Shown: positions 1-12,924, counted from the first letter of the stretch. The stretch is 64,000 bases of DNA from Dicyema japonicum (GCA_011109175.1 RDEW01000031.1:653216-717215); one strand, 5' to 3'. The notes: a model not told the origin generated them from the letters alone. Program-made: numbers and translations.

Positions 1-24
1 CTAAATTATTAAACGTATTTTGAT

Positions 25-165
25 CCAGATTGTTGGTAATCCCTCTTCTCTTAGAAGAAGAATGTGCCGTAACCTCCCTGTTACTCCGCATCTCCACATC
101 AGATTCAGTCAACATATCTCCGTTAGAGTCCAGTGGGCTGTCCTCGGCATGCCAGTTCCACAAGT
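25..165. repeat. Short dispersed repeat of unknown class; second copy at ~52157-52280
   Basis: 'ccctcttctcttagaagaagaatgtgcc...catgccagttccacaag' aligns with 'cccctctccttcttttagtagaagagtgtgcc...catgccagttccataag' at 52170-52280. Confidence 0.6.
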
Positions 166-179
166 CCGTTCAATCCTGC

Positions 180-1200
180 AAATCAGAAGATCGACGTGGT
201 CATGATTCAAGAAACTAAATTACGCATGAATTATTTCACTCCTTCATTCCTTGGATACGAGGCAATTAGGATGGACCGTAAAAAGAGAAGAGGGGGTGGA
301 CTACTTATTCTATTCAAAAAGAACTTGAAATGCAGAGACATTACTTCGGAATGAGGAAACTTGTTGGAAATGACGAGGTTACTGAGGCAATTGGAATCTC
401 GCTAAGGACAACGAAAGAAAGTATGTGCCTCGTGAATATCTACTTGCCTCCTCCTTGCTCCTGCCCAAAGGAATATGTTATTCCAAACCTATAAGATTGG
501 TTGTTACAACGTGTTGTTGTGGTGTTTATACATTCTTTAAAACTGTATTTAAATGCCAAGAAAATCTTATGAGCAAACTCTCCTACGATCTAATTGGAAG
601 CAACGTTACTGCAAAACATCAAATCTCGAGTTTTCGTAACACAGAATCTCACAATTTCGCAACATGGAACGTAAGAGGCTTAAGCGAAGGGAAACTAGAA
701 GTCGTGGAGGAAACTCGTTCATGAGATCTCCAAGGGTCGGACACGACTTAATTGGACAACATAACATATAACATACAAAATTGGCTATCTACTATGAGAT
801 CATCATATGTGGAGATTTAAACACAAAGCACCCATTATGGTTGTTAACCCAACAGGCCAACAGGAGGGGGATGCTATTGTTGTTGAAATCGGACTCCCTA
901 ACGATACTGAACGATCCATCGAAAAATACAAGGACCCCACTCAGAGAGACGGATCGGCTTACCTCACCGGATGTAACACTCTGCATCGAAAATTACCTGG
1001 TCAGTCTTCTATGAAACAAGAAGCGACCATAATCCAATTGTGATGAAGGTCATGAGAGAAGTCAGAGTGAAGAGAACATTTTCTAGTTATAACTACAAAG
1101 CTGCTAATTGGGAATTGTATCGCGCAATCTCGGATGATAGACTAAAGAATTGTTACTTTGACAGCTGCAAATCGATAGAAAAAGCAATCAAATATGTCAC
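180..1200 (+). mobile_element. Degenerate non-LTR (Jockey/I-like) AP-endonuclease region, interrupted at ~500-780 by an RTE-like N-terminal fragment
   Basis: Motifs IDVVMIQETKL, DRKKRRGGGLL, IICGDLN.KHPLW and SPDVTL across broken ORFs; the insert encodes FATWNVRGL. Confidence 0.75.
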
Positions 1201-1399
1201 GAGCCTAGGGTGTTACCGACCCTAGGTGGTTACACTTATGGACTTAGAAAAAAATTCAAAAAAATATTCGGGAATTAGTGTCTATCAGGGATGTAGTTTC
1301 ATGCGAGATTTATAATAATGTTCTATCTATTATTATTATTAGCACTTTCACGAGAGCCATAATATTTATAGCCCCGCATGTGCAGCAAAAAATATAAGA

Positions 1400-1935
1400 G
1401 AATTAGTTAGGTTGCTGTTCTTTGCTAGGTCCCTCAGTGAGTCCAGATCGCTCCAGATGGAAATGTTTTCTTCACGGCTTTCAGATCGTTTTGTAGAACG
1501 ACCAGGAAGGTAGTTCTAGGTCTTCCACGAAAGCGTTTTACATTGGAGGAGTAATAATCTTTCATTGCGATATTCGGGGAGATATCGGGTTCAACCTCAG
1601 AACGTATCCAAAAAGTCTCCAACGAGAGCTAATGATCTCGTGACTTAATGATGTACAGTCAATTCCATCTTGGATGGCCAGGACATTCCAGTTATGTTTC
1701 TTAGATGATTCATGTGAAATGAGTCTAGCCTCCCCAATTCCTTTTTAGAGGTGGCCCAGGTCCCAGAGTTGTATAGTAGGATTGGTTTGATGAAGCTGTC
1801 GTATAACATAATCCTTTGTTTTATGTTATATCCTTTCCGTTTTAGCCAAAAATATTTCAGCCTTTGTAATGCCGCATTTGCCAATGTTTTTCTCCTTATG
1901 ATGTCTTCGCTATCTCCTAGTAGAGAGCCAAGTTT
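1400..1935 (-). mobile_element. RTE-like non-LTR retrotransposon, 3' RT fragment
   Basis: KKLGSLLG..EDI..RK.LA, LYDSFIKPILLYNSGTW, LDSFH..HLR, FRGRPRTT; same family as 12925-13290 and 34430-37375. Confidence 0.8.
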
Positions 1936-2351
1936 CTTTATCTTCAAGGGAGTTATTATCCCTAGCCTACTTAATGGGTGCGAGGGGTGGTTCTTCTCTC
2001 CGAAGAGGGACAAGATCTTATCCCTCCTAGAGAAGACTAGAAGAGCTGCAATTAAGCTCTCCTTAAACAAGAAACTGAAAGACTGTCTAAGCACGGACGA
2101 AAACAAGCTCTTGGAACCGATTATCAAGATTGTGGAGGATCGGATCAATGGTTTCAGGAGGAGATCAAAAATCCAGGACACGTATATAAAGCTGGGAGAA
2201 TAAAGATTAAAAAGCTGGGAGAAATGTTTCGAAAAAGATTAATAATAAAAAAAAGGTGGAAGGGTCCAGGTGTGGAGTCCAAGCCTTATGGTAGGACTCA
2301 GATCTAATACCCTCCAGAAATCTCCTTAACTCTTTTGTCAATAAATCGTTG
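1932..2351 (+). mobile_element. 5'-truncated 3' fragment (ORF2 end plus 3'UTR) of the LINE at 2352-5325
   Basis: Near-identical to 4918-5307; ends in aataaatcgttg. Confidence 0.9.
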
Positions 2352-5325
2352 TCAGTCTGCATTATAATAGGCGATTTTGGGAGAACGTGGACAGCAAAGA
2401 CAATTATGTCAAAGTCGGCACCTAAAATTCTTCGAAAACCGAACGATGTCTCACCCAATCTATCAGAGAAGATACACGCTGAAATATCGGAGATTATGTC
2501 GCGGTTAAACTATTTGTGCTCGATTGCACATGTGGATTTGGCTTTGAAGAAGAAGGTCACCTAAATGTTTGAAGCAAGGACTAAAAATAGTGCTAGTGAA
2601 TGCCCGATCCCTAGGGAAGAGGCATAATGAACTAGCACTACTTGCGAGGGTCTCCAAGATCGACATCTTGGTGGTCAATGAGACGAAATTAAAGAAAACG
2701 AAGAGTAATATAATGACTGGATACAATTCTGTGGAAGTTTTATGGAAGGCTGGAGCAGTTGCTGGTACGGGAACGTCTATTTTCTACCGGGACTGCCTCC
2801 GAATTCGTAATCCAAAAGTCGTTTGTGATGTATTGTGTGAATTTGTAAGCATGGACGTTTGTTGCGACGAAGTATGGATTAGTGTTGAAGGTCTATACTC
2901 CAAGAATTTTGAGACTTGTTCTACAGATATCACTGAGTTCTACAACAAGAATCCCTATACTATCTTAATTGGGGATCTTAATTTGAAGAACACTAGTTAT
3001 GGTTGTAGCAAGACAAATCAGGATGGACGACGTTTAGAATTATTGTCTGATTCATGTGGCTTTGTGATCCTTACGTGGGATGACCCAAATCATTTTTCTT
3101 ATCATGGTGGCGACAAACTCGGCGTATTCCTAGTATTGCCAGCTCTATCTGTGTATGTGGGAAAGCCAAAAACTCTATGGGATATCGGGAGTGACCATAT
3201 CTCACAAGAATTAGTTATTACTTTGAGATCAGATGTTATGGGAGATGTCTTCTTGAGGTTCAACATATCTAACTTGGATTGGGCCCACTATAGGGTCTTC
3301 ATATCCAATAATTTGTGTGTTCTACCGAGAGAGTTTTCAACCATAGATGATATGAATACTGCAAGTTGAGAAGTAACAAATCTACTGCAGTCATATCTTC
3401 ATCTGTATTCACGAAGGGTTTTCTCAAAAAAATGATTATTTTGTGTCGCCAATTATTATGAGGCTTATTCGGGAGAGGAATCGCCTTAGGGCAAAGCAAA
3501 GACGTTGTGTTGACAAAATAGACGGGGAATTCATATCGGCCAGAATCAGGATGATGAAAGAAGCAATTAGCAATATATGGAAGGAGGAGACTGATCGTAT
3601 ATGGAGGGCTGAGGCTGCAAAAATTGATATGAAGAATCCCTCTTTTTGGAAATGCTATCAGAAGATAATGTGTCCGAAGTCGGGTGCAGAAAAAATTATA
3701 CTGGATAAACCAGACGGGGGAGTATGCATAACGGAAGAAACACCTTCGATATTCAGGGATCAGCTCCAAAAAATTCAGGGTGTGGATCCGTGGAGTTTGA
3801 TCCCTGATGACAAAAAGAAGGTGTCTGCCGATATATTTAAACACTCCGACGAGGAACTACCTATTGCTGATAGCACTGTCAGCATCTTTGAAGTGATGAC
3901 AGCTATCAGGGAATGCAAGGTCAATGCTCCAGGATATGACCACATATCAATGAAACTTATCAAAGAGGGTCCGGATATTTTGTTTGACTGTCTGCGATGT
4001 CTTTATGATGGGTGTTTACGACTTGGCCACTTGCCTTTAATATGGAAGAAAACTGTTGTGAGGATGATTCCAAAACCAGGAAAGCCAAAGAGAGATCCGG
4101 CAAGCTACAGACCAATTAGTTAATATGTTCTTTCGCGAAAGTGATTGAACGTATCATTTTCAAAATGCTATGCAGACATATAAAAGAAAACGACTTTCTG
4201 ATTCCAGAGCAGTAGGGTTTTCGTCACGGAAGAGGCTGTGCAGATTGTTTCTTTCTACTGAATTCTGAAATCATGAAAGCAAAGGATTCCAAAAGACAAA
4301 TAAACTTACTATGTCTTGATATCTCGAAAGCATTCGACAGTGTATGCCATGAAGCGTTGTTAAGGCAGCTTGTATCAGCATGTGTTCCAAGATACCTATT
4401 TGTTTGGCTAAGAAATTATCTTCAGGAAAGACAATCTTTTGTGAAGGTGTGTGGATATATATCTGATGCAATATCATTCAAAAGAGGAGTGCCTCAAGGT
4501 TCAGTATTGAGCCCTATTTTGTTTTATATATTTATGACGAGTTTTCCACGTCCGAGGAATATTCATACTAGTCTTCTTAGTTATGCGGATGACGTAATCG
4601 TGGTGGACACATTTCTAAAATCTTCTATATCTGAAGGAAGAATCCCGGAGTATGTCGACCAGATTGAGCATTGGTGCAACTTGAGAGGGCTAAAGCTCTC
4701 TGCTGAAAAATCTTGCGCACTCCGAATAAGCAGTTTGAAAAAGCACCTGAAACAAGAATACAAACTGGGAGTAAACAATTCACACAGTCTGCGCTACCTG
4801 GATGTCGACTATGGACACGCAGGAGATAACATATACGACATAAAGGGGAGGAGAAAGAGAGCCTTTCAGTCGCTTCTATGTACACGGAAGTTACACGTTA
4901 GCCGTGACACTTACCTGTTTATCTTCAAAGGAGTTATTATCCCTAGCCTACTTTATGGGTGCGAGGGGTGGTTCTTCTCTCCGAAGAAGGACAAGATCTT
5001 ATCCCTCCTAGAGAAGACTAGAAGAGCTGCAATTAAGCTCTCCTTAAACAAGAAACTGAAAGACTGTCTAAGCGAGGACGAAAACAAGCTCTTAGAACCG
5101 ATTAGCAAGATTGTGGAGGATCGGATCAATGGTTTCAGGAGGAGATCAAAGATCCAGGACACGTATATAAAGCTGGGAGAAACGTCCTGAAAAATATTAA
5201 TAATAAAAAAAGGAGGAAGGGTCCAGGTGTGGAGTCCAAGCCTTATGGTAGGGCTCAGATGTAATACCCTCCAGAAAACTCCTTAACTCTTTTGTCAATA
5301 AATCGTTGTTGTTGTTAAAAAAAAA
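2352..5325 (+). mobile_element. Jockey/I-group-like LINE: ORF1 tail plus APE-RT ORF2 (2569-5190) with a few stops/frameshifts; (TTG)n-A tail
   Basis: VNARSL, NETKL, GDLN, GSDH (APE); APGYD, IPKPGK..SYRPIS, LDISKAFD, GVPQGSVLSP, YADD (RT); aataaa followed by gttgttgttgtt-A10. Confidence 0.92.
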
Positions 5326-6700
5326 AGTCGGCATTATGGTCGACAGAAGGAGACTGGCTGGAATACGACATATAATAAGAAACCTTCTAAAAAAGAAACA
5401 GTAGAAGCTTCAACACAGACAAGCAGTCTTGATGAGAGTGACCAGGCGGAAGCACCTGTTAGAAAAGTGACTTTTGGAGTTTCTACACAGACTGTCGAGA
5501 CACACTCAAACATCTGAAAATGAAGAAGTAGTAGCTTCCAACTCGATTCTTGACAAGTTGGAAAGAAGCATTAAAGATATGACTAGAACAAAAAAGGATT
5601 CTAAATTTGTACTAGATTTGGTGGCGCTCTTAAGAAAAGAGGGCAGCCACCAAAAAAACCAGTAGTCAGGATAACCCTGATTAATGCTCGTTCTCTTCGG
5701 AAACGGGCCTCAGTGCTGGTTGCTCTAGCCAGCACGATCCAGATGGATGTTCTAATTATAAACGAAACTAAATTGAAGAAAAGACCATTTAAAATTGATG
5801 GATACGACTCATTAGATATTTTTTGGAAGACTGGTTCTTGTGCTGGAACAGGAACTTCAATTTACTACAAAACTCCTTTAAATACAAGACTACCTACGAT
5901 CAATGAAGAAAATTTTGTGAACTAGCAAGCATTCAACTACAAACAACCATGGGATAAATAACTATCGGAGGAATCTATTCTAAAAAACTACAACTGTATA
6001 ATGAGCGAGGTGCCAAAACCGGAACACATCAATACCAAAATGATAATTTATGCAGACGACCTTCTAATTTTGGACACTAGTATGAATAAATTAATATCAT
6101 GGAAAAGAACAGTAGCTCATATGTCGAAAATCGAAGATTGGTGTCTGAATAATGGATTGACATTATAAAGAAAAAAAGTTCTGTAACCTGGATACCGAGA
6201 AATAGGAGGAATCAATATGTTGATACAAGGAATGTTAAATTCTCGGAAAACCTGATATACCTTGGAGTATGCATTAAAATTACAGATTCCTAAAGTAAAC
6301 TCAATGCGCTACCTCGGGATAATAATCGATGGGAATGGTTCCTTCATGGAGGACATAAGACGAAGAAAGAAGAAGGCGCTTCAAGCACTCTTATGTACGA
6401 GAAAGTTGTTTGTAAGCCTGGAAACCTTCTTGTTCATCTTCATGAGGATCATCCTACCGGAACTGCTAAATGAATGCGAAGCATAGTTTTTTTCTTGACA
6501 AAGAGAAGGAATAATGTTTCTCATGGAAAAAACCAGAAGGTCGGCAATAAAGTTGGCTTAGGGGAAAAGGCTCTGGGATGCTCTCAGTACTGAAGAAGAC
6601 ATGATTCTACATTCTGTTAAAAACATTGTAGAGAAAAGAATCAATGGGATCCAACGATAGAAGATAACTAAATGGAGTGTGGATACATCGGAAGTGTCCA
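5326..6700 (+). mobile_element. Older, internally deleted relative of the same LINE family
   Basis: INARSL..., INETKLKK, WKTGSCAGTGTSIYY, IYADD, MRYLGI, QALLCTRKL. Confidence 0.8.
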
Positions 6701-6723
6701 GGCCGCATAGGCGGTATATCGGG

Positions 6724-7370
6724 CTTGAAAATGAATTAAACAACAGGTTATGAAATAATTATCTATCAGTCTGCCGGTTGGCCTGGACTGTTCATCCGGG
6801 TACCCCTTTTCCTTGCTAACCATCCATTTGCTGGTCTAGGCACATACACATCCTAATTTCATCTTCAGAACGTTGTAGGTACAAAGCCAGTAAGCCTATC
6901 TTTAGTTAGTTCTCCCTTTGTAGGTCCTTTCCCAAGAATGTTCTTCCAAAGTGGTCCCAAGCCGTCCTGTAGGGACCGATGATGTGGTTGACAAAGTCCC
7001 GTGTAGATTTCAATTCGAATGTAAGGAACAATTGGTGTGAGTACCCCTCTGTAGGTCCCAACTCTAGTATGTACTTCCACAGTAGTCCCAGGTCCCGTAG
7101 GGATCAATAGTCTGGGAACAAAGTCCCGTGTAGACCCGGATACGAATGTAGGGATCATTTGATGTGGGTACTAGGTCCAACTTGGAATATATCCGGAGAT
7201 TTTGACTCTTTGACTACTGCGTCCCCCAAAAGGTTCCTTCATCTTGTAGAATAATTTCATTCGACTTGTAATACGTTTCTTCGCCTTGAGGAGATTCCCT
7301 TGCAGTGCAATAGGTTCCTTCGTCTTGTAGTATGGATCCTCGCCTTGAAACTCTTTCGACTTGAGATAAT
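6724..7370. repeat. Unclassified dispersed repeat 'X' (longest copy) with internal degenerate direct repeats
   Basis: 6724-7000 matches the reverse complement of 13290-13737, and 6724-6860 matches 55957-56092; all share the terminus ttgaaaatga(a/g)ttaaacaac. Confidence 0.8.
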
Positions 7371-7487
7371 AAATTAGCACCAGTTTATTATTTTTTACTT
7401 AATATATTAACAAATTTTCTTAAATTTTTAATATTAACAATTTTCTTAATAATCAAATTTATTTAAAAACACAAAATTTGTTCAGGA

Positions 7488-8263
7488 ATGATTTTTATGA
7501 TTTTGTCAATTTTGTTCTTTAAGATTCTCAATGATTCAGAAAATATAACCGAAATTGCATTGTAAGTATAATTTCAGTAATTCAAGGGATAAATTCAATT
7601 CAATGGATAAAAATAAAAACGGTAAAGTTGGAAAAAATGAATTCGTATATTACACAAAAGAAATGGCTTTCAACCGAATCTTGGAAAAAAACAGAAAACT
7701 ATTCACAGAGAACAACATCACAGGCATGAACATTTCTCAATTGACGACTATTTTGAAAATTGAGATCCCTGAAAATATATTTGAGACTCATGACTTGAAC
7801 AAAGATGGAGTTATCTCTCCGGAAGAATTGGTTTCTATATTGGATCCAGAAATCGATATAAATTACCAAATAATAAACGCCATGGTAATAATGTGCGGTT
7901 AATGTCCTTTTAGAATTTTTTTATGGAGTTTTACGACAAAAATAATGACGGGATCCTCGATTTGGAGGAGTCAATTGGTTCTCGTTAAACTTAGTTTAGC
8001 GTGCAAACATTTGAATTTATATGCGTATGACACGGATGGAGACAACGTGCTTACAACAGAAGAATTAAAGCCTTTTGTGATTCAAAAATATGTAGACAAT
8101 CGTCAAATAGACAGAATATTCAACCAAATTGATTTGGATAAAGTTGGTGAATATATATTCATGTTAGAATAATTATATCTCCTTCGGTGAATACGTAGAA
8201 ATGTTCAAAAAAGACCGAACATCAGAATCCTATGAAAATTTAGAATTAGACGAAGAATTATAA
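7488..8263 (+). CDS. Secretory multi-EF-hand calcium-binding protein (calumenin/reticulocalbin CREC-like), 4 micro-introns
   Basis: Signal-like MIFMILSILFF; EF loops DKNKNGKVGKNE, DLNKDGVISPEE, DKNNDGILDLEE, DTDGDNVLTTEE, DLDKNNYISFGE; C-terminal DEEL*. Introns 7562-7586 (or -7577), 7885-7913, one ambiguous intron near 7970-7999, and 8143-8167. Confidence 0.85.
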
Positions 8264-9014
8264 TTCCAGTTTGTGATTATTTGGTTTTGATGATTCAATC
8301 CTCTTTATTTTTATCCATGAATTAATACCAATTTGAAGCCACAATCAATTCTTCGAAATAGTTAAAGACTTGAATTGAATCCGACTCAATTATTAACCTT
8401 TGAGCGAGATCAACGTTGGTAGGTTTTTAGTTTCCCAGGGTGAGTTTTTTCTCAAATACTAAGCTCAGACTCTCAAACAATGTCCATCTTCCAAATATTG
8501 ATATTGTTGTCCTGTGTGATCACCACATATTCATGTTCCATTCGTTTGCTTTCAATGGTTCTCTTGATCACTAGAGTAGGTTATATTCACTTTAGCATCA
8601 TGAACTAACTCACTTATCCGCAGATTATCTTAATGTTCTCTACTTATTAGTTTTGATGACAATCCCAATTGCTATTAATGATATTTTTAATCGTTTTATC
8701 AAACACAAAGACTTATTATTGAATGACCAGATATTCACAATAAAAATCCATAATAAAAGTATGAAATTTTTAATAATAAACATTATGCTCAAACTGAGGA
8801 GAGAGGTGCAAAAATATAGAAGAACTAAGGCGTTTTATGTGGATCATTGTGTTCACAGAACTCACTCCTATTCAATACTGGAGACTGGAAAGCAAGAACG
8901 TGAAAAGCATATGATGGAGAACTTTTTATTGATTTAATGGAGAAAACAGAAGAAACCTTTCTGATGAATTCATGGTGTAATTTTGCAACATGAACCATTT
9001 ATGTGCATTTAAAC

Positions 9015-10150
9015 CAGGGTTGTTAAAAATCATGATTTTTATGAAAAAATCGAAAAAATCTGATTTTTTGATTTAAACAGGATTTTTTGATTTAAATCAG
9101 ATTTTTTTGAATTAAATGATTTTTATTCTGAAACAAAGTAAAATAAAAATAAAAAAAATGGAAATCGTATTTATTTAAAAGATTGTAAACAGATTTTTCA
9201 ATTTCCAGCCTATTTTGTACAGTTGAATGTAAGAATCCAAAAGTCGAAAAAAATTGTTCTATTCCACCTGTGGAAGCAAATGCTCCAAGAATTTTTTGCA
9301 GTGTGAAATTACTTCAGAAGGTGGTAAGAGTTCGACTCCCACCAAGCTATAGGTGATACTTTGCTCAATAAATTCGGAGTGAACATGTATAGTTTGAATG
9401 GATTAGCTTTTGCTCTGAAATTAATCAGAGTCGAAATAGCATATTCATAATGTTCAGCACAATACTCCAAGGCCAGGTCAATCTCAGCTGTTGAAAGAAA
9501 TCTCCCACAACGTGTTAGGTCCATTGAATTCGCAAGTAGGTGGAATAGTGTTAATGCTTGATCTGCTCGAGTTTTCACTTTTTCTAAAATGTAGCTATAC
9601 CCAGAGGTGTCCACAGTGTCAATTAGATAGCTCTCTCCATCCGATGTTACAACTGACACACAAATAACAAGTTCATTATGAATGTTGCTCCACCCGTCCA
9701 ACATCACAAACACTGTCCTGTCCTGGAATCTTTGACGAAAGTCTTCATGTATTTGGTCGTACACACGATCGAGCAATGGACAACCAATTTGATGACGAGA
9801 AGGTCAACGATACCCAGGAAGAAGTATTTGGACGAATTTGACAAATTCCGGATGTTCTACAGCAGCAAAAGGAGTGTTACTGGAATATATGTATCTAGCG
9901 AGTTGCATATCAATTAAATTTTTCTTTGATGACGTCGTCGTAGTAACGAAATTGATTAAAGACTGGTCCCTCATCCTTGGGAGGAATTCGCTGATCAAAT
10001 CACTTTCTGGTTTCGACGGATTTTCAGAGATATCAATATTAGTTCGACATAACAAATGATGCTGCCTCATCCGAGATACGAGACCTTGTATCTCCTTCCC
10101 GTAATTACGGCATCTGGCTCGACTCCCGGTCTTTCCAGGAATAATACGTT
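9015..10150 (-). mobile_element. hAT-family DNA transposon remnant with 3' terminus
   Basis: LARYIYSSNTPFAAVEHPEF, MLDGWSNIHN, SPIAWW, ASTGGIEQFFSTFG; terminus CAGGGTTG at 9015 with subterminal gattttttgatttaaa repeats. Confidence 0.85.
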
Positions 10151-10947
10151 GGTAAAGTCCAAGGAGATTACTTGTTGATTCAATTTATTATAGCTGTGAG
10201 CTACACAGATTACATAATAGTTGTTGTTTGTTTCTGTATGAAGGGTTTATGGTATTTCTATATAAAGACCACACACATATGATAGATTAGAATTGGAGAA
10301 CGAAACAATCAAATATTCAAATTCAGTTTTGCCAAGTACATCAAACCATTGAAAAATGACCACAATCAAGAAATCAGTCACCACAGTCAAAAAAGTCGCA
10401 AGAAAAGTCATCAGGACTATTCATATAACGATATTTTACATTGAGATACTTTCTCATACAGAAGAAAGTATTAAGTAGGAAGCTCGAAAAACCCAAATTA
10501 ATAAAAGTAACTGAAAATCCATAATCGAGTACTTACGAGAATTAGGATCACAAAGAATATCCAAAAGGAAATAATCTGATGAACGAAAATGAAAAATATA
10601 ATCGGAATGAAAATTTTAAAGGAACCAACTGAATAAAAGCAGAGCACTTCATGATATTTTGACCCCAAGCAAAAAGGGGAACCAATTATGAACAAGAAGG
10701 TGACCCTCGTGTCGGAAAATTTCAAACGATTAATATATACACAAAACCTATTCCAGGATAGAGGTAGTTTAGTTGTCAGTAGCGACTATGGATTTTTTTC
10801 AAATTCTTTGACTGTTTTATACTACAAATATGGTGGAAAATGACTACTTTTATAAAAATGGATTGTACACATTGAATAGTACTTAGTGGTAATGCAGTCA
10901 TTACAAGTACGTAAAACAATAATGGAATATATTTGTTAATATAAAAA

Positions 10948-12812
10948 TTATAATTGTCCCAGACGTGCGGATAACTGCTTATTCTGATTATGAATAACCT
11001 TCATATCATTCATAATATTTTCAATCTTACTGGCAGTATTCTTTATCTCTAATTGGACAATCTATGCTCAGTCAAGTTACACCTTATCGTCAATGGTATT
11101 CAACGAATCCGTAACTTCTTTCCGTTTTTGAGTGATCTCTCTCGAACGTTCACACAACTACGCTCTCCCTAAACAAAACCTCGTGGATTTCCACTATCCG
11201 CTCGTTCGCCTGTGGAATTATTTTATTCAGTCGCCGTGGATCCTTATCAAAGAGTTCAACCAACTCGTCAAAAGTCCTCTCCGTGGTTCCTTTGACCAAA
11301 AAGATATGATCCTCTTGTTCTTTACAAACGCCTGAGAGCTAAATATTATACGACAGCCACTATTGAATATTCTTGTCTTTGATCATTCAGACATTTTTGG
11401 GTGTAAAATATCTTGTCAATATACACGTGCCTTATGGGAGTTGAGATTGATTGATTAAGCTACCGAATTAGTTTTTATATACCATAGATTGGTGCCTTGC
11501 TTGGGTTTCGTTTTTGGCCTTGGTTAATCGTTCAATCTCTGTCTTAAGCTGCACCAAGGACTCGGTTTCTTCTTTCTAAGACTAGTGACAACCGGAAAAC
11601 CAGTAGTTCGGAGGCTTTTATGGTATCCTCTGTCAACACTTCCAAATGAAGGGACCACTCCATCTCCATGTTCTCCAATCGGATTCTTCTCTTCTTCACA
11701 ACCGCCTGAAAATAGCCTCACGTAATACATTCCAGTTTTCCAGTTCCTTTGTGTCCAAATCTATAGTAGAGATAGCTTCTAATGTGCCAGTACACGTGGC
11801 ATATTCTGTCTTAACCTTTTCAAGCTCATTAATGAAATCTTTTTTAGTCATTTCTAGCAGTTCTGTGGCTTTTTTAAGGTCAGTTAACTCTATGGATCTT
11901 ATTTCAAGGATCTCCTCCAATTCCTCAAGAGATTCAAACTCTTCTTCCACAGGGAACTCTACTTTCTGGTTATTTTCTACTAATTCCGAAATTTCAGTAG
12001 CATAATTGTCTTCAGATGTCACAGAAACAAAATTCGCTTTCCCAGTAATCATTTCAGCACGTGATAATGCTTCCTGATCTTCTTCAACATTTATATCAAT
12101 TTGGGGTAGTTTTGAGTTGAGGACATCATTGAAGATTGAGGTTTCCTCGAGTCTTGGTAGCCGACTCCTAGTAAAGTTGGCGAGTAGAGAACAGACAGCA
12201 CCATCAAACCTTGAAGTACACAAAATGGGTCTAAGTTCACTTAATCCTCCCAAAATGAATGAACAGGAATGTCCCTCACTAAAGGATTGAAAATCCTTTA
12301 TTTTTTAACCAAGCAAAACCATAATGAGTTGTCTTGGAACGAAACTGAGGAGAGATTGTTCACGAAGAGCATCTTTGACTTGTCCCATAAAACAGGTGAG
12401 TCCTTAAAGTATATTTTTGGTACCTACGAGTAGTGGGAACTGAGACGGGGGACTTAGTCCTCTGTATTTTCTGGAGAAGAAAAAGGAGGACGTTTCTTAG
12501 ATGGAGAGTGTTGCCATAAAGGAATGTCTCGAATCCTAAATCCCCTCTAAAACCCAAATCCTATGATAAATCTTGGTATAAACCTTAATGGTATCAACCA
12601 GTCGACTAGCCTGTTGATATCGAATTTCTAAAGAGTGGCTAAGCTCGTCCTGAGGAGTACGTTGAATGAGGGAGATTATAAAGTTGGTAACTTTAAAGCC
12701 TTCCTCTACTGACAAGTCAGTGATTGTATTGTCAATTGGACTTGTATTAATGGAAGTATTACCAGCCATATTCTTGCAATGTGATATTTATTGAGTGGTC
12801 GACGTTTTGCAT
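10948..12812 (-). CDS. CCDC22: Coiled-coil domain-containing protein 22 (CCC/Commander complex), 10 introns of 21-31 nt
   Basis: Spliced: MQNVDHSINITLQEYGC...SLEIRYQQASRLVDTIK|DLGFRGDLGFETFLYGN...LRNVLLFLLQKI...RHVYIDKIF...ERTFDELVELFDKD...IENIMNDMKVIHNQNKQLSARLGQL*; matches CCDC22 N- and C-terminal motifs. Example introns 12741-12762 and 12561-12583. Confidence 0.88.
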
Positions 12813-12924
12813 TAATTACAGAGAAATTAAATTTTAAATACTAATTATTTATTTATTGTTTTTTTTTCAACTTAAATATTTAATACTATAAGAGTTTTAA
12901 AGACTTTTACTTTATTCTCATCTT

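Noticed and set aside
1645-2203. Overlapping sense/antisense 150-178 aa ORFs
   Set aside because: Chimeras across the junction of two oppositely oriented retroelement fragments.
11090-11140. Apparent RRM-like SYGFVEY on the minus strand
   Set aside because: Alternative frame of a CCDC22 exon.
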